A DNA stretch of 58,184 nucleotides, counting the filler, from Stramenopiles sp. TOSAG23-2 (Eukaryota), in NCBI GenBank assembly GCA_900128395.1. It is 4 parts of 4 records of this genome, joined end to end, with 100 filler letters (N's around TTAATTAATTAA, not from the genome) between each part and the next. Parts side by side here need not be neighbours in the genome. Positions count along the whole stretch, not along the records: positions 29,203 to 43,655 come from LT649757.1; positions 43,756 to 58,184 come from LT649758.1; 2 more parts are not named here. One strand, 5' to 3'. Numbering within the stretch: position 1 is the stretch's first letter; every line of letters starts with the position of its first letter. The notes beneath the pieces are model-generated. The model did no database searches, was not told the DNA's origin, and worked only from the letters and a program-made list of their open reading frames with translations. The position numbers were made by a program, and so were the translations under genes. This document shows positions 32,735 through 44,983 of this stretch, one piece after another.

Positions 32735-33238
32735 GAGGAGAGTATATAAGTAATGTGGATCTATTATAATCTTGTTGAACAAGATTATGGACATCAAAAA
32801 AGAAGAGAGCCGGAGAGCCAGAGAGCAGATGTGATGTACTCTGGACACACCAGAGATTTTCCTTGCCAGTACCTGACAAGGAAAACAGATGTGATATGTA
32901 TACACGATGAGTGATGATTTACAAAAAAAATTATAATATAAAACACCTTAAAATATTCAACTTTTAGCACCACACAGCACTACAGGTAGCATTGCTACTG
33001 TAAACTTCCCACACCTCACAAAACACAATATCTATATATATAATAACTGTAATAATTTGATGCAATATTTGTAATTAATAACATGTACATACACATTCCT
33101 TTCACGAATCCAATTCATCATAATATTACTTTTTACTGGTTGAACAAAGAGATAAATAACCCATTTTGTAAAATAATATAAAATAAATAAATAGTCACGA
33201 GAATTTACCCCCCCCTTCTTTTTTTCCCACTAATTATC

Positions 33239-34417
33239 ATGGATGATAATACAGCACAATTAATTTTTTTTGCCATTGTTGGTTTAATTGCTATGATATA
33301 TTATGGTATACCATCAAGAACAAAAACAATTGGAATTGACTTAGGGACAACGTATTCTTTAGCAGCATATATGAATCCAAATGATTATTCTTTACATTTA
33401 GTACCAAGCGTTAGCTCTGTTGTTACATACTTTCCAAACAAGACGCATATAGTTGGTTATTCCCAATTTAGGAGGAAATCGCCAGAAAATACCATTTTTG
33501 AAGCAAAGCGTTTTATTGGACGTACATTTAAAGAAGTAAATGATAATTTATCACTAAAAAAAGATGGTAGTAATAAATATTACCCATTTAAAATCGTACC
33601 TTTAAATGATGGTGAATCAATTGGTTTTTATATACCAGCTATTGATAAAGTAGTTGATCCAATTGAAATAGGTTCTAAAATAGTGGAGGAATTAAAACGC
33701 CGCGTGGATGCACAATTAGGCCATCGTATGGCACGAAGTGTTGTTATTGCTACACCAGCTGAATTTACAGCTTTACAAAAGGAATATACAGCACAAATTT
33801 TTGAACGTGCAGGCTATCGAGTAACAGCAGCATTGGATGAACCAACTGCAGCTGCTATGGCATATGGCTTACATCGTCAAGATAATATTAATTATGTTTT
33901 AGTTTATGACTGGGGTGGTGGTACTTTGGATATTGCATTATTATGGATCAAAGATGGAAATGTACAATTATTAAGCACGGATGGTGATCGTGATTTTGGT
34001 GGTGCTAATATTGATCAATGTTTATTTGATTTATTGAAAAATAAATTTCCACCAAATGATTCAAAATGTCCATCCCATGTCTTATTACCAATTGCTGAAG
34101 AAACTAAAATAAAGTTATCAAAATATGATCAAACAACAGTTAGATGTGGGCGTTCTATATATACCATTGATCGTAAAGAATTTGAAACGCATTGTGAAGA
34201 TATTTTAGATCGTGCTATGTTAAGTATGGAACGATTATTGGATGAATCAAAAGTACGAAATGATGAAATTGATGCGGTGGTCTTAGTAGGTGGCAGTACT
34301 CGAATTCCATCGTTACGAAGTCGATTGACTCGATTTTTCAATGGTAAAAAGCCATTAACTGATATTGATCCAGATACAGCAGTTGCTGTTGGTTGTGCAC
34401 GAGCAAGTGAGGATTAA
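33239..34417 (+). CDS. HSPA13: Hsp70 family member with N-terminal hydrophobic anchor and ATPase domain only (HSPA13/STCH-like)
   Basis: 392 aa; IGIDLGTTYS, EPTAAAMAYGLH, DWGGGTLDI, VVLVGGSTRIP, DPDTAVAVG; ends with no substrate-binding domain. Confidence 0.75.
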   Translation: MDDNTAQLIFFAIVGLIAMIYYGIPSRTKTIGIDLGTTYSLAAYMNPNDYSLHLVPSVSSVVTYFPNKTHIVGYSQFRRKSPENTIFEAKRFIGRTFKEVNDNLSLKKDGSNKYYPFKIVPLNDGESIGFYIPAIDKVVDPIEIGSKIVEELKRRVDAQLGHRMARSVVIATPAEFTALQKEYTAQIFERAGYRVTAALDEPTAAAMAYGLHRQDNINYVLVYDWGGGTLDIALLWIKDGNVQLLSTDGDRDFGGANIDQCLFDLLKNKFPPNDSKCPSHVLLPIAEETKIKLSKYDQTTVRCGRSIYTIDRKEFETHCEDILDRAMLSMERLLDESKVRNDEIDAVVLVGGSTRIPSLRSRLTRFFNGKKPLTDIDPDTAVAVGCARASED

Positions 34418-34785
34418 AAATATTTTTTGCGTATAACACATGTTGTAGAAAGAGACGGAGAGAGGAGGAATAAAAAGTTTGTGTTGTGTGTATGATCCAT
34501 TTTTTTATACACAAGAGGTTCGTATTTTTAATGTACGTGTATCATACATTAAATATTATACACGTAAAAAATATTAATACGCGTATTTAAAAATTAAATA
34601 TATCCAATTTCTATTTGTTTAACATTTATAAATATGATAAATCATATGCATATATAATGCATATTATCCCTTTCAAAATAATTTTAAAAAAAAAATATTT
34701 TTTATAGACCTATTTTTATAAAAATACATTTTTTCTTTCGCACTTTCGTACACATACTTTTTTACTCTTTTCTCTCTCTCTTCTA

Positions 34786-36639
34786 TCAATCCAAACTTCC
34801 TCCAAATTCTTCGTATTGATGTGCTAATGTCATGACGCATGCTTTACCAAATTTTGTATGCGACCCAACACCAACACCACATACTTGTATTTTTGGATTG
34901 AATAACAATTGTCTATGATCACGTGATGGGCGTCCATCATCAACAATTAAACCAATTACAAAATCAGCACCTTGTTGCCATGGACCAAATTCAATTGCTT
35001 CACCGAAAGCACCTTTTAATGTACCATTTGCATTTGCTCTTGCCGATGCACGGCGACCATCTGAGCCAACATGTCCAACATTGCCAGAACTTCCGATATC
35101 TTGTACATGTGATTGAGATGCATGTGTCATTCCATTGCTTAAACGAAATCCATCCATTGGATCAATGGAACGTAAATATTCCATAGCTGTTTGAAATGCT
35201 GGACGTCCTTCAATTGTTTCAACATTACCCCAATTAAAACGAAATATTTTATCACTACCTAAATATGCTAGTCTTGATTCGATTAAATCAGCCATTTCCC
35301 ATGGACGTGTACGTGCTAGATTTAATGCATTGAATACTTGCTCTTCTAATGGGGATAATTTTGTATTACTATTCAACGCTTCATCGATAGTTGGTGGTGA
35401 TGGTGGTGGACCAACTGTACTACGTCGAGAACGTCTATTATTGTTTATGTTCTCATCGTCGTCATCATCATCATCATCCTCGTCTTGATTACTATCATTA
35501 TTCTTATCAAATGTCATTGGTGGTACTTGAGGTGGCGGCATTTGTGGTGGTGCAACAATCGAACTTTTACGACGTTTTGATGGACTATTTCCATCTGTTG
35601 ACATGTTCATATTGTCATTATTATTATTATTATTATTATTGTCACTATCATCATCATCTGAATCATCACTATCGTCATCATCATTGTCACCTTGTTGCAT
35701 TGGAGGTAATGGTGGTAATTGAATCTCATCATATCCACCAAACGAATCATCAGAATCATTATCCGTCGATTCTTCCCCATTTAACAATGCTTCTTTTACT
35801 AATTCAGTGTTTATATTGTCATACGTAGGAACACTGATATCATCTAAAGTTTCTTCTACCAACATATCCAATGGTTGATAACCACCATCTTCAGGTGGTA
35901 TTGGTGGTGGTAATATCAAACTAGGACGTCGTGAACGTATAAATTCATCATCCACTTTCATCATTAAACTATCAATTACTTTGCGATTCTCACCACTTTT
36001 GCTTAAATTGTGAATCGCTCGTTCTGCTTGATGCTTGACACCATCATGCTCCGAAGTCAATAATTTAACTATTGGAGCTAAACCATTTTGTCTACCGATT
36101 GCCACTTCAATACTATCATGTACAGCTAAATTTCCAAGTGTTGCTAATGCTTCAACAAGCGCAGCATACTCATCTTTGTTTTCTAATATTCGAATGCACG
36201 CTTTAATAGCACCACGCTTTGCAATCAATACTTTAATTTCATCGTTTACACTTAAATTTGCCAACGCACGTCCTGCTTTGATTCGTATATTTAAATTTTC
36301 ATTCCACAACTCTTGTATTAAGATTTCTATCCACCCATCTTTTGCCAATATATCTCGATTTTTTTCATTTGAAGCTAAATTCGATATTGTATGTATAGCA
36401 CAATGTTTAATATCAACGTTTGAGTTTTGACAAAATAACTTAATCAAACGCGTACCACCTAGTGCGACAATTGCTATTTGTGCTTGCGCATGAACTGTTT
36501 CATTTGCAAGTCGATGTGCAACTAAATGAATTTTCTCTGGATGTTCTAATAAATATTTTTCTAACTGTTTCAAACCATCACGTGGTTTTAAAAAATCAAA
36601 TACAGACGATAAATAACGTGAATGTTGTTTGTTTCCCAT
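34786..36639 (-). CDS. Armadillo-repeat plus CAP/SCP-domain protein
   Basis: MGNKQHS start; ARM repeats (AGRALANLSV, ALATLGNLAV); acidic/Pro linker; CAP motifs LNLART, SHVQD...GHVGSDG, GEAI, LIVDDGRPSRDHRQLLFNP. Confidence 0.85.
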   Translation of the reverse strand: MGNKQHSRYLSSVFDFLKPRDGLKQLEKYLLEHPEKIHLVAHRLANETVHAQAQIAIVALGGTRLIKLFCQNSNVDIKHCAIHTISNLASNEKNRDILAKDGWIEILIQELWNENLNIRIKAGRALANLSVNDEIKVLIAKRGAIKACIRILENKDEYAALVEALATLGNLAVHDSIEVAIGRQNGLAPIVKLLTSEHDGVKHQAERAIHNLSKSGENRKVIDSLMMKVDDEFIRSRRPSLILPPPIPPEDGGYQPLDMLVEETLDDISVPTYDNINTELVKEALLNGEESTDNDSDDSFGGYDEIQLPPLPPMQQGDNDDDDSDDSDDDDSDNNNNNNNNDNMNMSTDGNSPSKRRKSSIVAPPQMPPPQVPPMTFDKNNDSNQDEDDDDDDDDENINNNRRSRRSTVGPPPSPPTIDEALNSNTKLSPLEEQVFNALNLARTRPWEMADLIESRLAYLGSDKIFRFNWGNVETIEGRPAFQTAMEYLRSIDPMDGFRLSNGMTHASQSHVQDIGSSGNVGHVGSDGRRASARANANGTLKGAFGEAIEFGPWQQGADFVIGLIVDDGRPSRDHRQLLFNPKIQVCGVGVGSHTKFGKACVMTLAHQYEEFGGSLD

Positions 36640-37328
36640 ACTTTTATTAATATTATTATACTTTCAATTTATTTTAGTAGGGAAGAAATATATATATATA
36701 CTATCTATATCTATATAATTACTCCAGGTAATGAAACATGTAACTTTTACAATCAGGAATATTTTCGTTGCAATAATTGTTTTTAGATTCTATATATATA
36801 TATATATATATGTATTGTCTCTTTCTTCTTAGTTCACTTCACAGTAATAGTTGTTCTGCATGTTTTATATTGTAATAATATTTTGTCTTTTCTATTAGCA
36901 TGCATTATAATATTATTATTTTTTTTAGTAGTTGTTTTTTAACGACGATCCCCTGTGTGTGTGCTGCACATTGATTTCCTGGAGATTTCTACAGCAGTAG
37001 CTAATATTTCCCTGTTAGGATAATTGGCATACAAAAGTAGTACACAGCATTAGAGATTTCGTTTTAAGGGTTTTTTCTTCCCTTTCCAGAAAGTTCAATT
37101 GAATTCAAAAGGAGGAAAATTACAAAGGAGCGACCACGACGACAAAATTTTTTTTTTTATATAAAATGTTCTCTTACTCATATATACTGCTGTATAAAAT
37201 ATATACTGATGGTTAGTACTTTGTATTTAAAATATCATTTACCTGTTACCTAGTATAAATAATTCATTACTTCACCGATAGAAATATATACACACATCAC
37301 TTATTTGTTTTTTACTTATACACAAGTA

Positions 37329-37625
37329 TTATGAAGTAGAATTCTCACTTGATTCAATATCTTTCATCTTCTGTTTTATTGTATTTTTAATATGTTTGCA
37401 TTTCTTTAAAATCGACATTGCAGTAACCATATCACCAGTTTTTTTAGCATATATAGCATTAGCTCTATAATGTTTAAATTGCTTTAATGATTCTCTTACT
37501 TCTTCCTCGGTTTCTTTTTTATTTATTACTTGCTTTTGTTGTACTGTATCTTTTGTGTTATTTCCATTTCCTCCTTTCTTTTTAATTTTGATTTTTTTTC
37601 TTTTGTTTTTTTTGTTTGACATTGT

Positions 37626-37659
<34 letters not shown>

Positions 37660-40600
37660 ACTGCCCCTTTTGTATTATTATTTACATTTCCTCCTTTCTT
37701 TTTAATTTTAATTTTAATTTTTTTCTTCGACTTTCGTCTTTCAATACGATCTTGAAGTTCCTTCCTTTTTCTCAACGTTTCCTCTTCGACTTCTTGTTTT
37801 TTACGTTTTAAATGTATAGAACTATTTTTTCTATTTCGTTTTATTCTACCAACTTCTGCATGATTACCAGCAATAGTTTTCATCCGTCTCACATGCTTAA
37901 AACTACCAATGCTAAACATAGCCTGACCTTTCTTGGTCAAATTACTAGAATCGTCTTCATCAGTTAGTTTTGACGAAGTCAAAACAATTGGTAATAATTG
38001 TAGCTTCTTTTTCTTAATAAGTTTTTGTCGATGTTGTTTCCAATATCTTTTTGTATTTGAAATACTTGCTAAATTTAACCTTTTTGTCAAGCTTGGGTAC
38101 ACTTTTGCCAATTCTTTCTTTCCACGGTGTTTTTTAATGGCAACTTTTGCACTCTCCTCTAAACTATTCTCAGCAAGTTGCAAAGCTTTCTCAACTTCTG
38201 TTTCAGATAACCATTTCGTCAAAGTATATTGCTTTTCTATCCATTGTTTCATGATCAAACGTGTATTTTCTTTATTAGACAAAAGATTTATTACTTTCTC
38301 CCTAAAAAATGGCAAAGTCAAAATTAATCCGGTTAAACCAAATAATATATTGCAAACTGTCATTGTTACTAATATCCAATCAAACAGTATTTGTTCATAC
38401 CCATTTTCAACATCTTCATTATTTAACATACGTCGAGCACGAAATAATTCGAGACCAAATCCACTTACTAATGATAATAAAAGACCAAATGACAATATAA
38501 TTGATAATATATTATCCCAATACGCTTTGTATGGAAACTTTATTGATACTATTACTAACCATGAAATGCATGTTAAAATTCCTAATAATGCTTGAACAAT
38601 GCTATGTTCACCAACTAAAATTAATCCACCCGTTAATATTAAACGACGTAATAAATCAAGCAAATCAAAATAATAACATTCTTCCGTATAATTGGCATAT
38701 ATAGAGCCAAATTGTTTTTTTACTAATCTGTGTGATTGATGGTCTAATGAGGATTCTTCGTGTAAATGGTGACGATTTTGCCAAAGCAATATAAACTGTG
38801 CAAGTGGAATTCCTAATACATAAATGAACATACAAATTATTGCTATTATGCCATAATTCCACCATCCTCCCACATAACATTCCATACTATAATCAGCTGT
38901 TAAAAAAAATTGATCTTGAACTTTGTGGCATTTAAATAATCGAAATATTCGAGTGGAAATTCCTGTATATAAACCAAACGCTAATAGGGTTACAAACATA
39001 TATAAGCGTGTAGTCACACTTTCTTTAGTAAAACGTGAGTGTTTGCAGGAACAATATTTTTTACGGAACAAAATGATACTCCATACGAATCCAATTAATA
39101 TTAAAATTGATGGAAGTAAGAGCATATGAAACACAAATTTTTGTTGAAATGATGTTTGCATGTGACACGAAACTTCACCAAACAAAACGTAAATATCTAA
39201 TGACGTTAACTCTAAAAGAGTCATTAAAAATCTCATTGCCTTTGGAAAAGGCAAATTAAATACTACTGGTAAAAAGGTCATACATTGGCTGTAACCAATT
39301 AGAATTTTAAATTTCATCAATGAACCGCCTAAATCCCGTGAAATTTTTTCAGTTTGTTTCATTTTCTTTTCATATGCTTTTTTCTTCTTTCGTAGTGCCT
39401 CCATATCTAATTTATTTCCATCTGTGATATAGGTTTGTAATTCTTGCTCATTGATCGAATCACTATTATCATCGTCCACCATTTGAAATATATACATCAC
39501 TTCATTTTCCGTTAAATTACTATCATCGATGACTCTACTAAATTCAAGATGGTTAATTGCTAATTTATTTTGAAATATTTCCGCCATGGTCATCGTGCTT
39601 AATTTTACTCTTAATTCTTCCTCCTCGGAAAGAGTTAATGCCGGCATGGTGAAAAACATATAAATAAATATGATAGAGAGACACATAGTGACAAAACCTG
39701 CTATCATCATTGATTTAGTAGGTGAAGTAGCCGTGCCAGCAACATATCCAGGACAGGAAACACATTTTTTTTGTTGAAATACATATTCATTTGCACATAC
39801 GGCACATAAAGGTGAAGCATCATCGTATCCTTGTGCACATCTATTTATAGTTGAATTTCCACCAATGCAAGAATTTGGAATTATACATTTATAGATTGGG
39901 AATTGAAGAAAATCTGAAGAAGTAGGGTCATACCGCCAATAACCTTTTGCTACGTTGGGGGTTTTAATTCCTATTTTATTGCATATAACACCTGTTGGGC
40001 AATCGATACAATCTAATAACGGTGGTTTGTAAAACCTAGCTCCGCAAATACATTCGGTATTATTATATTTCCTTTCGAATTCTCCACGATATTCCCCAAC
40101 ACCACATCCTTGACTAATAACATTCACGACAAACCTCTGCAATGGTCGATTGAAAAAATAAGCATCGCCACTTTTCATAGTGTGCGATATCGTACAATGG
40201 CTAACAACAGAACCTTTTGCAGTTGCTTTCAATCTTGGTGGTGTTTGTATATTTATCACAATAGGGATTTGGTAATCAATTGCATTAAATTGTATTTTCT
40301 TGTTTTCCGTTTGTGGATTTATAATAACACAGTTGGATGCCACTGTTGTGGAATTGATTATAATATCTACGTTTTCAGTTGGAAGTCGTGATAATCTTAT
40401 TTCATATGAATATTCATTGTCTTGATTTATTTTCGCTACTTGTGGCACTCCAAGAATAGATCCATAATTAATGGGTATTGCATTGCATATTGCTGCACCA
40501 TTGTTGGATACAAAATTTTCCTCGCATGTTTTGCAACTGACACCACCAACATCATCTAAATATTGCCCAGATTTACATGCAGTGCAATTTGCTTCACCAG

Positions 40601-43600
40601 GGTTCATTGTATAATATCCAGGCTCACATTTTTGACATTCGCATTTGCTTGTTAAACCTTTCGTTTTACCTGCACGTCCAGATGGGCAATTTTTACAATC
40701 AGAAGGATCATCATGCATTGAAACATATTCCGCGTCATCTTCCAAATAAGTCCCAACATCACACGACTGGCAATCGTCTAATTTATCGTGTAATGACTCA
40801 TTCAATCCATCATCTGGTAAGTAGGTCCCGGCTGGACATATTGTACAATCTTCGATGGAATCATGGGTAATCGATGCAGTCCCTAAATCGGTCAAATAAG
40901 TACCTTTTGGGCATATGGTACAATTATGTGAACCAATCTTTGATGTATATTGACCAGCGGAACAAATTAAGCAATCTAATTCATTATCATGCAAACTAGG
41001 AATAGCTCCATTATCTTCTAAATATTTTCCAATTTCACAATTTGAACAATCTCCTAAATCATCATGATATTGTGAGTTTGTACCGGCATCTTCGTTATAA
41101 GTACCGCCAGGACAGGGCTGGCAATCATTTGGATGGAAAGATAGACCATGTTCAAAATGGATAGTACCAGCAGGACATATAACGGTCGGAACAGACATTG
41201 TATAAATTGAATTGTTAAAACCAATATTGCAACCAATTACTTGGATGGTCATATTGTGTGTTATTGTTATCACATGAATATTTCCATTAAACAGTTGGCC
41301 AACTTTGCATGGAGATTGAGAATCGATTGAGCATTCAGGTACATCAAAATTTTGTGTAATACAATTCTTCGTTGCATGTGGTGATTTTATCTGTACAATA
41401 GTTCCATATTTGAAAGTTCCTTCTCTTCTTTCGCTATTGCTAGTACCGGTAACGTTGAATGAAATTATTGCATGAGATTTAATATCAGATATTAAAATGC
41501 CATCTGTTTGGCTAGAGATAATACCATCTGAGGGAGAATATACTTTAAATTGTGTCGTGTTATATCTCCCTACTTCTTTTGGTAACGTAATACCATTTAT
41601 TTGGAATTGTAATGAAACATTTTGAGCAAGCCCTAATGTAACTTCAAACAGTATTTGATTATTTGCGTACCACATACCATAAATGCTATTTCCTGATGGC
41701 TTCATCCATGTCACTGATGGCATTGTTAATATAAATCCAGATGGAAATGTTATTGCAATTTTGCTTTGATCGGGAACAATTGCTCCTACCGGGACTGTAA
41801 ATTGTATTTCTGCTGTTACATTTGTCAATCCAGCGCGGGTATTCGAAAGTCCAATGGCCCCATCAATGATGGTCGTTAATGTACATACAGATGGATGGAT
41901 ACAATCTGCACAATCTTCGTTGCATGGGATGCAAGTGCCATTGAAACTTCCTTCGCCATATGGACAATCTAGGCACGACGAAAAAGTATTTTTCGTATCT
42001 GTATATTTGCCAGGATCACAAGTTGTGCAATTTTGACTAGATGGGTGTAAAAAAGTACTGGCTGGGCAAAAGCAAGTTTTAGAATTCCAACTATCTGAAA
42101 ATAAATTTGCAGGGCAAGCTGAGCATGTTTGGTTGAACATTCCTGTTTTGTAGGAGCCCGGTGTGCAATTTTTGGCGCATATTACTCCTCTATTGTTATT
42201 AGGTTGGCCTTCGCAAATTAAATTAATATATCCATTATCTTCGCATTGGTTCGGGGTTGAGCATGTTTTCCATGTTGGTGCAGCATTATCAACTATAGTG
42301 TTGTTATTATTAGGTGGATTGTTGAAATAGGTATTTATGGTTGATATTGTTGGATTGCCGGATGTATATATTGCAACTCCGTTGTTCGTTGCATTATTTG
42401 ATATGAATGACGATTCGCGTATGATGACGGTACTATGATGCCCTTCTATATACAGGCCACCTCCATTGTTATTATTGACTTTGTTATATGATATGATTGT
42501 GTTATCCAATGTTATATCACTGGCAATATTATAGATACCACCACCATCGTCGGCAGCTATATTATCATTGATTGTTGTATTGCTAATGGTTGCAACCGTA
42601 AATTTCATATATGTTCCAGCACCACTGTTGGTAGCTCCGTTGTAATTAATAATACTATTATATATATTCATAATCGCATTCTTATTAGTATCACTATCAC
42701 CACGGGCAAATATTCCACCACCATATCTTGCTTTATTATTAGATAAAATAGACGAATATAAATTTAATTTGCCCCCGCTTGCAATTGCTATTGATCCACC
42801 TGATCTCGGCCAAGTAGAATAACCAGTAGCATCCCCATCCACTAATTTAACATAACGTAGTGTTAATGTATTATTTAATAACAAAAAATGGCGTTTGTCG
42901 GTCGCTGCAGTGATCGTTATCAAATTATTCATATCTGTAGTTTTACCAACAATTTTTAATGGTGTATTTGATACAGAAATATGATCACCACCAGATATTG
43001 TACAATCCGTCGAACGTTTAAATTTACCTGTACTACTTGCGCAATCCCATTCAGGTAAAGTAAAACAACTTGGAGTGATTCCAGGAACGCTTGATTCAAC
43101 TGAAACATCTGCACTTTCAGTATGGGAACACATAGCACTTTCTAATACAGTTGTGTTATAACTGCATAATACACCTAATTTAATATTTGTATTATCTACT
43201 GCAGAGCATGTACCATTGAAAGGATTTTCTGTGCATAAAGTATTTAAACATGTTTTCCATGTTGGTGTACCATTGTCATAAATATTATTATTATTATTTG
43301 GATTGTTGAAATATGTATTTATTAATGATATGGTTGGTGATTCAAATGTATATATTTCATCACCATTATCAGTTGCATCATTATTGATAAATGATGATTG
43401 ACGGAGGGTGACTGTAGTGCTATCACCTTCTATATAGAGGCCGCCTCCATAACTAGCAGCATCATTATTTGATATGATTGTATTCTTCATTGTTACATCA
43501 CTGCTACTTATATCCATACCACCCCCATCACTACCAGCTTTATTATTATCTATTGTAGTATTATATATAGTACCAACAGCATAGTACATACGAATACCAC

Positions 43601-43655
43601 CACCTTGTTTAGTAGTAGCTTCATTATTATGAATAATACTATTATATATATTCAT
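37329..43655 (-). CDS. Large surface receptor-like protein: pectin-lyase/Pmp-like repeats, Cys-rich TNFR/GCC repeats, EF-hand, multi-pass TM domain; 5' truncated
   Basis: >=2108 aa; GGG(I/L)Y/FxxN repeats, CPxGTY repeats, KILIGYSQC, FLTADYSMECY, FGSIYANYTEECYYFDLLDLLRRL; internal duplication of the MNIYNSII unit; ORF runs into the linker. Confidence 0.85.
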
Positions 43656-43755
43656 NNNNNNNNNNNNNNNNNNNNNNNNNNNNNNNNNNNNNNNNNNNNT
43701 TAATTAATTAANNNNNNNNNNNNNNNNNNNNNNNNNNNNNNNNNNNNNNNNNNNN
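43656..43755. other. Artificial contig linker
   Basis: TTAATTAATTAA at 43700-43711 flanked by 44 Ns each side. Confidence 0.95.
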
Positions 43756-44422
43756 TACTTTTAACATAAATTTGGGCAGGGGTCCTCGCCTTCCACGGCG
43801 TTTGTAACTTTTAATAATTATTTGTGCGTCGTCGTGACCGCGTATCCAAAATTGGGATCAAAACAAATCGCAACAATTAACCACACAGCTGCTCCAGCTA
43901 GAGCTAGCTAGCTCTAGCCTCTAGCTATCAAATGACCCATAATTTATACTTGAAATGGAAACTGATAGAGAATTAGAATATCAAAAAAAAATACTACCAG
44001 AGTACCATTGATTATTATTTTGAAAAATAAAATAAAATAATTATTATGAAAATTCAAATAAAAAAATAGAAAAGCACAAAACAATAATTATAGTATAAGT
44101 GGAGAAAAGATCAATAACGAGATATACATATAGTAATAGATTTTTTGAATATTATTGTGTTTGTTTTTCTGTCTCCTCCCCCCCCCCCCCCCCCCNNNNN
44201 NNNNNNNNNNNNNNNNNNNNNNNNNNNNNNNNNNNNNNNNNNNNNNNNNNNNNNNNNNNNNNNNNNNNNNNNNNNNNNNNNNNNNNNNNNNNNNNNNNNN
44301 NNNNNNNNNNNNNNNNNNNNNNNNNNNNNNTTTATTTCCTACGACATTTTGTTACATTTCGTGTCGTAGAGTAATATAAACATATATACATAGATAGATT
44401 TATTTCTGCCTCATCAACTATC

Positions 44423-44983
44423 ATGGATAACTCATCATTTGCATCATATTTTGCTACCAACTCGTATCGAAGGAAATCTTTTGTTGCGTTTGTTTTGCGA
44501 ACTTTACAAGGTTTACATACGCAAATGTTAAGTGGTCAACAGCGATACGATATTAGAAGCATCTTAGAATCGGGTATATATGGTGCTATTATTTCAACAC
44601 CTATATCTAATTATTTGGAAAGCATCATGTTACGAATATTTGGAAAAAGCACCCTTGGTCGTATTTTATTTACAAATTTCGTTACATTCCCCATTGTCGT
44701 AGTCTTTTTATTTGGTATGAAAACATGGCAATTAAATCGTAATAATAAAGAATTAACTGCTTCCGATGTGTATTCTCAATTACAACATAATGTTATGATT
44801 GGATTATGGCCAACAATGAAAAATTTATGGCTTTATATGATACCACTTACCTTTTTCGTCCAACATTATTTGTCTCCTTCATTATGGATACCAACATATG
44901 AATTATTTTCTTTTATTTATGGTTTACTATTAAAATATTATACGGTTGCTAGACATGGAAGTAATTCATTAATAAAGAAGTAA
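44423..44983 (+). CDS. Mpv17/PMP22-family membrane protein
   Basis: 186 aa; GIYGAIISTPISNY, TNFVTFPI, LWPTMKNLWLYMIP, VQHYLSPSLWIP pattern typical of the family. Confidence 0.7.
   Translation: MDNSSFASYFATNSYRRKSFVAFVLRTLQGLHTQMLSGQQRYDIRSILESGIYGAIISTPISNYLESIMLRIFGKSTLGRILFTNFVTFPIVVVFLFGMKTWQLNRNNKELTASDVYSQLQHNVMIGLWPTMKNLWLYMIPLTFFVQHYLSPSLWIPTYELFSFIYGLLLKYYTVARHGSNSLIKK

Noticed and set aside
32732..32900. Selenocysteine readthrough of the TGA with the downstream hairpin as SECIS
   Set aside because: Hairpins lack a recognisable AUGA/AA/GA SECIS core, and readthrough would add only a few residues
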